DNA of 64,000 bases from Halorutilales archaeon Cl-col2-1 (GTDB lineage Archaea; Halobacteriota; Halobacteria; Halobacteriales; Afararchaeaceae), in contig CP169074.1 in NCBI GenBank assembly GCA_041891055.1, positions 1,824,001-1,888,000 of the forward strand, read 5' to 3'. This document shows, in pieces, positions 57,261 to 64,000 of this stretch (within the stretch, counting starts at the first letter, position 1; the number at the start of each line of letters is the position of its first letter). The notes below the pieces were generated by a model. It did not search any database, was not told the origin of the DNA, and saw only the letters and a program-made list of their open reading frames with translations. Position numbers and translations under genes: made by a program.

Positions 57261-58379
57261 TTACGACGTTTCGAGGAGTGCGTCTGCGAGTCTCTCGGGA
57301 TCGAACTTCTCCAGGTCGTCGTATCCCTGACCCGTTCCGAGGAAGAGTATCGGCTTCCCCGTGACCTTCGAGATCGAGATAGCCGCGCCACCCTGTGAGT
57401 CGGCGTCAGCCTTAGTGAGGACGGTACCGTCTATCTCGGCGGCGTCGTTGAACTCCCTCGCCCTGTTGACGGCGTCCTGTCCTGCGACCGCCTCGTCGAC
57501 GAAGACCGTGAGATCGGGGTCGACCACACGGTCGATCTTACCCAACTGATCCATGAGATCCTGGGAGGTATGGAGCCTCCCGGCTGTGTCGCCGAGGACG
57601 ACGTCTATTCCGTTTGCCTCGGCGTACTCGACGGCGTCGTATATCACTGCGGCGGGGTCTCCTCCCTTGTCGTGTTTTATGAGCTTCTTTCCGAGGTTCT
57701 CGGAGTGCTGCTCTATCTGTTCGTTCGCGCCCGCCCTGTAGGTGTCTCCGTTGGCGAGTACACTCGATATACCTCTGTCTTCGAGTCTCCTCGCTATCTT
57801 GGCGATTGTCGTTGTCTTTCCGACCCCGTTCACTCCCGTGAAGATCACGACGACGGGCTTGTCGGCTTCTTCGACGTATGTGTCGAACTCCAGACCGTCT
57901 ACGTCGAGTACGTCGACGAGTGCGTCGTGGAGAGCCTCGGTGACTATCTCGTCGGTCGACTCCCTCCATTTCCTCTTCTCACCGACTAAGCTCTCCTCGA
58001 CGTCTTGGGTTATGGTGTCGGCGACGCCGACCTCGACGTCGCTCGAAAGAAGTGCTCTCTCTAGCTCCCAGAGAGGGTCTTCGAGGTCTTCCTCCTCTAT
58101 TATGAAAGACCTCTCAGTGACGAGTGTCTTAGCCTTCTGAGTGATCGAGGTCGACGACTCCTCGTCTTCGTCTACATCAGACTCCGTCTTCTCTTCGGTC
58201 TCCTCCTCAGCCACAGCCTCGGACTTGGCGGAAGTGGAAGTCTCCTCTTTCTCGGACTCAGAGGTCTCCGTGTCGGTTTCTTCCACAGCCTCGGACTCGA
58301 CCTCCTCGGCTTTCTCCTCGACGCTCTCGTCTACGTCGTCACGGAAGCTTGAGAGCTTGTCCTTGAGGCTGTCGAACAT
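57261..58379 (-). CDS. ftsY: SRP receptor FtsY
   Basis: GVNGVGKTTT, DTAGR, TKAD, GTGQ. Confidence 0.96.
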   Translation of the reverse strand: MFDSLKDKLSSFRDDVDESVEEKAEEVESEAVEETDTETSESEKEETSTSAKSEAVAEEETEEKTESDVDEDEESSTSITQKAKTLVTERSFIIEEEDLEDPLWELERALLSSDVEVGVADTITQDVEESLVGEKRKWRESTDEIVTEALHDALVDVLDVDGLEFDTYVEEADKPVVVIFTGVNGVGKTTTIAKIARRLEDRGISSVLANGDTYRAGANEQIEQHSENLGKKLIKHDKGGDPAAVIYDAVEYAEANGIDVVLGDTAGRLHTSQDLMDQLGKIDRVVDPDLTVFVDEAVAGQDAVNRAREFNDAAEIDGTVLTKADADSQGGAAISISKVTGKPILFLGTGQGYDDLEKFDPERLADALLETS

Positions 58380-58391
58380 CTCTACCTACTC

Positions 58392-58820
58392 CTATTCTTC
58401 GTCCTGCTGCATCTGCTGCTGCTGTTGCTGCTGAGCCATCTGTGCCTGCTGCTGTATCTGCTGTATCTCCTGAGTCTTCTGCTCTATGTTGTCCTCGGCA
58501 CTCTGTTTCTCTTCCTTGAGGTCGTCTCTCTTCTTCTCGAGCTTCTCGACAGCCTCCTCGGGTCCGACCTCGACGTTGACTCCCGCGCCTATTCCGACTA
58601 CGACGTCGTCTACGTTGTCGACAGTCGCGGGTATGTAGGTGTCGCCTCCGAGAGGTAGAAGGATCTCGGAGCCCTCTTCGAGGTTTTCGAGCGACTCTAT
58701 CGCGTCGTCACATCCCTCTATCTCGTCTTCGAGTGTCTCTACGAGTTCGCGGAGTTCTTCTATCTCGCCCGCGAGCTCACTGTACGCCTGCTGTAACTGC
58801 TGCTGTTGTTGCATGCTCAT
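58392..58820 (-). CDS. pfdA: prefoldin alpha
   Basis: Coiled coils around LPLGG...VGIGAG; Q-rich ends. Confidence 0.93.
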   Translation of the reverse strand: MSMQQQQQLQQAYSELAGEIEELRELVETLEDEIEGCDDAIESLENLEEGSEILLPLGGDTYIPATVDNVDDVVVGIGAGVNVEVGPEEAVEKLEKKRDDLKEEKQSAEDNIEQKTQEIQQIQQQAQMAQQQQQQQMQQDEE

Positions 58821-58846
58821 TTTAATCAGTCTCCTGTCGTCTTAGT

Positions 58847-59524
58847 TTAGCTGTCTTCGTCTATAAATCCCAGAGCCTCTTCAATCCTTCCAAGCTCTGG
58901 TCCTGTCGTCTCGGCTCCAACCACGTACCCCTTCGAGTTGGCTATAAGACCGCTTCCCACAAGAGGGGTTCCGTAGTTGACCGTACCTATGTCGACGGGC
59001 ACCTCGAAGACATCTTCGAGATATTCTACCTCGTCGTCGTTCGACTTGGGATGTACGAGGACGCCCTCGTCTGTCGCCACACCCGCGGAGCCGACGGTAT
59101 CGAGACCCGCTACGGTTCCCTCGTGAACCTCGACGCCGAGAACGCCGGCTATCTCGTCCTTCGCATCCTCCGAAAGCTCAGGACTCACGAGGGCGGCGTT
59201 GTCGTTCGCTAGGACTGTGTTTCCGACCGCAGTATGGCGTCCCGATATTCTCTCGACGTTGACCCCGGTAATGTCTCTGATCTCTCTTATCTCCCTGTCC
59301 AAGGCGTTAGAAGAAACAGCGATGCCCTCGGTGTTTCCTTCCGCCATAGTACCGAGGACTGACGAACCGTTGATGGTTCCCGTGTAAACGTTTTCGACGC
59401 CGAGTTCGTCGGCGACCTCTTCGGCTCTCGACTCGTCTATCTCGGAGGTCACGAGTAGAGATCTGTCTGTCGTGACACCGAAGACGCCTAAGAACGGGCT
59501 CCCGTTGAACTCGGCTCTTAACAT
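58847..59524 (-). CDS. eif6: translation initiation factor 6
   Basis: [30 protein letters not shown]. Confidence 0.95.
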   Translation of the reverse strand: MLRAEFNGSPFLGVFGVTTDRSLLVTSEIDESRAEEVADELGVENVYTGTINGSSVLGTMAEGNTEGIAVSSNALDREIREIRDITGVNVERISGRHTAVGNTVLANDNAALVSPELSEDAKDEIAGVLGVEVHEGTVAGLDTVGSAGVATDEGVLVHPKSNDDEVEYLEDVFEVPVDIGTVNYGTPLVGSGLIANSKGYVVGAETTGPELGRIEEALGFIDEDS

Positions 59525-59533
59525 TAGATTAGT

Positions 59534-59788
59534 TTACTCAGCTATCTCGGCTTCGACGACTCCGTCGTCGAACTTGGCGGCTCTGACACGTACCTTTGAG
59601 GGAGGACTCGAACGTCCGTTCGACCAGACTTCCTCGTTTATAGACGAGTCGAGGTTGATCTCGTCCTCGTCAGCCTTGAGGTGTTTCGAGAGATGGTCGC
59701 GGATGATCTTCATAGCCTCGTCGGCTCTCTCGTACTTCTTCGCCTTCTTGGCGTCCCTAAGCGGGACGTTCATGACTCTCTCTTCCAT
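59534..59788 (-). CDS. rpl31e: 50S ribosomal protein L31e
   Basis: VPLRD, RA..A, INEEVW.NG..PP. Confidence 0.95.
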   Translation of the reverse strand: MEERVMNVPLRDAKKAKKYERADEAMKIIRDHLSKHLKADEDEINLDSSINEEVWSNGRSSPPSKVRVRAAKFDDGVVEAEIAE

Positions 59789-59791
59789 TGT

Positions 59792-59944
59792 TTACTCGTC
59801 TAGGTCGCTACGTCTCCAGTTCCTTCTCTTGGGATTCCTCACGACGTCCTGGTTCGTCTTCATTATGACCCACGCAGGAACCCTCGAGTTCTGCTTGTTC
59901 GCCTTCGCGAGACGTTTCTTCTTCGCCTTGTTCTTCTTGGTCAT
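59792..59944 (-). CDS. rpl39e: 50S ribosomal protein L39e
   Basis: [23 protein letters not shown]. Confidence 0.96.
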   Translation of the reverse strand: MTKKNKAKKKRLAKANKQNSRVPAWVIMKTNQDVVRNPKRRNWRRSDLDE

Positions 59945-59999
59945 GTTGGCGACTATGTCAGCACCACATAAATCTGTTATCTTCCTGTCTCCCACGTAG

Positions 60000-60662
60000 T
60001 CAGTCAGTCCTCACGACACCCAGGGTCTCGCCGTCGCCTGTCGACGAACAAGAATCGACAGTCTCGACTGATATCTTCTCTATCTCTGAGGAGTTGCCCG
60101 GTATATCCACCCTGAGCTTGTCCTTCGAAGTAGTCAGACCCCAGATAACGTCGGGAACTCGGTTGAACGTCCTGACGCTTCTCCCACCGTAACAGACCTC
60201 GTACGGTACATCCGTCTGGCGCGGGAGAACCGACGGATTACTCACTTCTAAATCACCCACGACGACCGGAAACGCTGCCTCGCCCAACGAACCCCACTTG
60301 TTGAACTCCGCCTTGTCGTTCGGGTCTAGGGAGTAAGATGGATCGGGCTGTACGAAGTCGAAGCCTACGAGGAGTACGCCCACTAGGAGTATTCCGACCA
60401 CGATTTTCTTGTACGTATCTGTCGTCATCCTCCACTCCTTGACCCTTCCGAGACCTATGAACCCCAAGACGAGAGGCGGAACAACTACGAGGAAGAACAT
60501 CGGAGCCGCAAAACCCGTGAAAGACATCAGCGACCTCACGAAGCCGAGGTAGATCACGAAGCCGACACCGTAGAGCGTCGTAACCGCGTAGTAGTACCCC
60601 GTCGTTATCACTAGTCCGAAGCCGAGGAAGTAGAGGACTGACTCCGTGAGTGGTGACAGCAT
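60000..60662 (-). CDS. hypothetical membrane protein
   Basis: Four N-terminal TM segments plus an extracellular domain. Confidence 0.65.
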   Translation of the reverse strand: MLSPLTESVLYFLGFGLVITTGYYYAVTTLYGVGFVIYLGFVRSLMSFTGFAAPMFFLVVVPPLVLGFIGLGRVKEWRMTTDTYKKIVVGILLVGVLLVGFDFVQPDPSYSLDPNDKAEFNKWGSLGEAAFPVVVGDLEVSNPSVLPRQTDVPYEVCYGGRSVRTFNRVPDVIWGLTTSKDKLRVDIPGNSSEIEKISVETVDSCSSTGDGETLGVVRTD

Positions 60663-60712
60663 CTGATGGAGTAAGAACGCGGTGAGACCGGAGAAAGCTT
60701 ACGGTTTAAGAT

Positions 60713-61876
60713 TTAGAGCTCCTTGAAGAAGCTCTTGACACCTCTCTTCGCTCCTCTAACCGAAGCTATGTGTCTCGCTGCGACCGTCTTCTTGAGGAGG
60801 CGCGCTGCGACCCCGCCGAAGACATTTCCGTTCACCATAGCGACCGCCTCACGTCCCACAGAGACGAGCGTCCCGGGGTCGTTTAGCTCTAACTCCTTGA
60901 GGCCGTCGCCGTCTATCTTCCTCAGTATGTTCTCGGCACATACGTCCGCCTCGTCCTCCGCCGCCCAAGCCGTCTGTGGTGCTCTGTTTCCGTTGGTGTC
61001 TTCGACAGCCGCAGCGTCTCCTATTACGAATACGTCGTCGGCGTCGACCGACTCGAGGTACTCGTCGACCTTGAAGGCGTTTCTCTCGGCGTCCTCGGTC
61101 TCTATGTCGATGTCGAACTCCCTCGCCGTCAGACCGCCCGCCCAGATCAGCATGTCGTACTCTATCGGGTCACCCTCGTCAAGACGCACCTCGTTGTCGG
61201 TGACCTCGGTTATGGGGTCGCCCGTCTTCGTCTGTATCCCCTTCGAGCGCAGGAGTCTCTTTATATGTGACCTCAGACGGTCGTCGACGCTGGGTCCCGG
61301 CATGACCTCGTCGAGAGCCTCTATTATGTTCACAGTAACTTCCCCTTCCCTGACCTCTGCGTCGTCTATGACGTCTGCTATCTCTCCCGCCGTCTGTATA
61401 CCTGAGAGACCCGCCCCTCCGATGACGACACGTTTCTCGGCACCCTCCTTCGCCTCCTCGACTATCTCCTCTAGCTCGTGTCTTATGCTGAAGCCGTCGC
61501 CGAGGCTCCGGAGAGTGTGGGCATTCTCCTCCATCCCCGGAATTCCGTAGAAAGCAGTACGCTGTCCGAGTGCTATAACGAGGTAGTCGTACTCGATCTC
61601 GTCGTCTTCTAAGACAACCTTCTTCTCCTCGAACTCGAATCCCTCGACCTCCGACTCGACGAATTTCTCCCTATCCTTCTTTATCTCGTCCATGGGTATG
61701 GCAATCTCCTCGTCGACCGACGGGTCGTATATGACTCTGTGAACTTCGTGGCGCACGAGGTGGTAGTCGTTCTTGTCGATCCAGACGATCTCGTCGTTGT
61801 CGTCGAGGCTACTCCTGAGACGTTTAACCACGGTCGCGCCCCCGTATCCCGCGCCGAGAACTACTACCCTGTTCAT
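60713..61876 (-). CDS. ndh: type II NADH dehydrogenase-like FAD oxidoreductase
   Basis: VLGAGYGG, GAGLSG.Q.AGE, IWAGG, FVIGD. Confidence 0.88.
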   Translation of the reverse strand: MNRVVVLGAGYGGATVVKRLRSSLDDNDEIVWIDKNDYHLVRHEVHRVIYDPSVDEEIAIPMDEIKKDREKFVESEVEGFEFEEKKVVLEDDEIEYDYLVIALGQRTAFYGIPGMEENAHTLRSLGDGFSIRHELEEIVEEAKEGAEKRVVIGGAGLSGIQTAGEIADVIDDAEVREGEVTVNIIEALDEVMPGPSVDDRLRSHIKRLLRSKGIQTKTGDPITEVTDNEVRLDEGDPIEYDMLIWAGGLTAREFDIDIETEDAERNAFKVDEYLESVDADDVFVIGDAAAVEDTNGNRAPQTAWAAEDEADVCAENILRKIDGDGLKELELNDPGTLVSVGREAVAMVNGNVFGGVAARLLKKTVAARHIASVRGAKRGVKSFFKEL

Positions 61877-62069
61877 ATACCTTTTAGAGTCTTGACCACA
61901 AAACGTCTATCGGTAGGAATCAACTCACTACTATCGATTGTGTATATCTATCTATCGTTGCAATTCGGGAAGTATGTAAACAGTCCCCAAGGCATCGAAA
62001 TAAAGCAAGAGTTTTATTATACCGATCCCCGATATACACAGTGGAACAGACTTTTTCACGGGAGAAAGA

Positions 62070-62309
62070 ATGAGCACGTTCAACGTCACTGACCACGACA
62101 TGGCGCCCGAGCACATCTTGCTCGACGACGACGAGGTCGAGGAGGTTCTGGAGAGGTACGATCTCGAAAAGCCCGAGCTCCCCAAGATACGGGAGAGCGA
62201 CGCCGGCTTGTCGAACCTCGACGCCGAGGTCGGCGACGTCATCAAGATTGTCAGGGAGTCGTGGACTACCGACAGAGCCGTCACATACAGACTTGTCATA
62301 GAGGACTAA
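62070..62309 (+). CDS. rpoH: RNA polymerase subunit H (Rpo5)
   Basis: H..PEH..L, LPKI, GDVIKIVRES..YRLV. Confidence 0.95.
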   Translation: MSTFNVTDHDMAPEHILLDDDEVEEVLERYDLEKPELPKIRESDAGLSNLDAEVGDVIKIVRESWTTDRAVTYRLVIED

Positions 62310-62316
62310 AACAAAA

Positions 62317-63945
62317 ATGAGCTTGGACAGAGGAAAGCTAGCCGACGCTTACTTCGGACAGGAACGCCTCGCACAGCACCATATCTCGTCGTTCAACAAC
62401 TTCCTTGAACACGGGATGCAGAGGGTTGTCGACGAGCAGGAGACGATAGATACCGACATAGGTGAGAAGGAGGGTGAGGAAGAGGTCTACATAAAGCTCG
62501 GAGAGGTCGAGGTCGGAACACCTATGGTGAGAGAGGCAGATGGAAGCGAGGAGACACTCTACCCGCAGGAGTCGCGTCTCAGGAACATAAGTTACAGCGC
62601 GCCTCTGAGGATGGAGATGCAGATCGTCGAGGGCGACTACGAACACGAGCCCGTCAAGACGACTATAGGCAAGATGCCTATAATGATAAAGAGTAAGAAC
62701 TGTAACCTCGCGGGACTCGACGACGACGAGCTAGTCAAGACAGGAGAGGACCCCGTTGACCCCGGAGGCTACTTCATAGTCAACGGGAGCGAGCGTGTCC
62801 TGATGACGAGCGAGGATCTCGCGCCCAACACTATACTCGCCGAGAAAGACACTAAGTACGGCGACGATATACAGGTCGCGAAGGTCTTCTCACACAGACA
62901 GGGATACCGCGCCCTCGTGACTGTCGAGAGAGGACGTGATTCGCTCCTCAACGTCGGATTCCCGAGCGTCTCGAACGACATAAACTTCGTCACACTCGTA
63001 CGTGCTCTCGGACTTGAGACCGACGAGGAGATAGTCAACTCTGTCTCTAACGACCCCGAGATAGTCAAGTTCATGCTCGAAAATCTCGAAGAGGCGGAGG
63101 TTCAGACACAGGAGGAGGCGATGGAACTCCTAGGCGAGAAGGTCGCGAGCGGACAGGCGAAGGACTACCAGAGAAAGCGCGCCGACTACGTCATAGACAG
63201 ATATCTACTCCCTCATCTCGAGGACGTCAGTGAGAACGACGAGGAGGTCAGGATAGCGAAGGCGCATTACCTCTGCCGTATGGCGGAGACGTGTTTCGAG
63301 CTCGCACTCGGCAGGAGGGAGCCCGACGACAAGGATCATTACTCGAACAAACGTCTCAAGATATCCGGAGACCTGATGCAGGATCTCTTCCGTGTCGCTC
63401 TCAACAAGCTCGCGCGCGACGTCAAGTACCAGCTCGAACGTGCCAACATGAGAAACCGCGAGCTACGTGTCGACACCGTCGTCCGTAGCGACGTACTCAC
63501 CGAGAGACTCGAACATCCACTCGCTACGGGTAACTGGGTCGGAGGACGTACTGGTGTCGCACAGCTTCTCGACAGGTCGAACCACATGGCGATACTGAGC
63601 CATCTCAGACGTGTCGTCTCACCCCTCTCACGCGGACAGCCCCATTTCGAGGCGCGCGACCTACATCCGACACAGTGGGGACGTATCTGCCCGGGTGAGA
63701 CACCAGAGGGACCTAACTGTGGACTCGTGAAGAACTTCGCCCAGTCGGTCGAGATATCGAAGGGGCTTGAAGACGACACACACGTACGTGACACACTCTC
63801 CGACCTCGGAGTCGAGAGGATACATACTTCGCCGACCTCCTCGGACGCAGGAGCTGAGTCTGACTCCGAGTCCGAGGCAGAGGCGGAGGAGTCCAACGAC
63901 GTCGAAACCGAAGAGATTCCCGAGACAGAGGAAGCAGAAGCATAA
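62317..63945 (+). CDS. rpoB2: RNA polymerase subunit B''
   Basis: DPGGYFIVNGSERV, DKDHY.NKRL, ARDLHPTQWGR, ETPEG.NCGL. Confidence 0.96.
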   Translation: MSLDRGKLADAYFGQERLAQHHISSFNNFLEHGMQRVVDEQETIDTDIGEKEGEEEVYIKLGEVEVGTPMVREADGSEETLYPQESRLRNISYSAPLRMEMQIVEGDYEHEPVKTTIGKMPIMIKSKNCNLAGLDDDELVKTGEDPVDPGGYFIVNGSERVLMTSEDLAPNTILAEKDTKYGDDIQVAKVFSHRQGYRALVTVERGRDSLLNVGFPSVSNDINFVTLVRALGLETDEEIVNSVSNDPEIVKFMLENLEEAEVQTQEEAMELLGEKVASGQAKDYQRKRADYVIDRYLLPHLEDVSENDEEVRIAKAHYLCRMAETCFELALGRREPDDKDHYSNKRLKISGDLMQDLFRVALNKLARDVKYQLERANMRNRELRVDTVVRSDVLTERLEHPLATGNWVGGRTGVAQLLDRSNHMAILSHLRRVVSPLSRGQPHFEARDLHPTQWGRICPGETPEGPNCGLVKNFAQSVEISKGLEDDTHVRDTLSDLGVERIHTSPTSSDAGAESDSESEAEAEESNDVETEEIPETEEAEA

Positions 63946-63954
63946 CAATATAAC

Positions 63955-64000
63955 ATGAGTTCGGAAACCTCGAAAGTATACATAGACGGAAGTCTCGTAG
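63955..64000 (+). CDS. rpoB1: RNA polymerase subunit B' (5' fragment)
   Basis: MSSETSKVYIDGSLV directly after rpoB''. Confidence 0.8.
   Translation, partial: MSSETSKVYIDGSLV

Noticed and set aside
58392-58820. CAG/poly-Gln tracts in pfdA
   Set aside because: Q-rich termini are ordinary for haloarchaeal prefoldin alpha.

Overview
This is a chromosomal window from a halophilic archaeon, judged by the very acidic proteome, split rpoB and LysW-dependent cluster. A deep-branching Halobacteria lineage is a guess only. Most of it is housekeeping: dhs, lrp-lysWXYZJK(arg), arcC, rio2, xerA, acdAB, psd, an ABC exporter, argG, ribC, nreA, an intein-containing lhr, thrB, ilvA, gatB, sucCD, ftsY-pfdA-aIF6-rpl31e-rpl39e and rpoH-rpoB. 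Accessory DNA comprises two tnpA-less IS200/IS605 (IS1341-type) tnpB elements and a vapBC islet integrated at the 3' end of a phosphoesterase gene. The most striking signal is a family of about 21 very small (mostly 44-57 nt) double-hairpin insertion units, all in the first 28 kb. They follow the pattern YG|TC-hairpin-GGC(T/A)C-hairpin-A(A)CG, with structure conserved while stem sequences vary. They stack head-to-tail, swap halves at the central linker and cluster in the IS ends and tnpB genes. They also sit in-frame inside xerA, acdAB, argG and tnpB, and one copy puts a stop codon into the vapC toxin. This looks like an archaeal REP/REPIN-like mini mobile system, possibly driven by an HUH transposase; the mechanism is inference.
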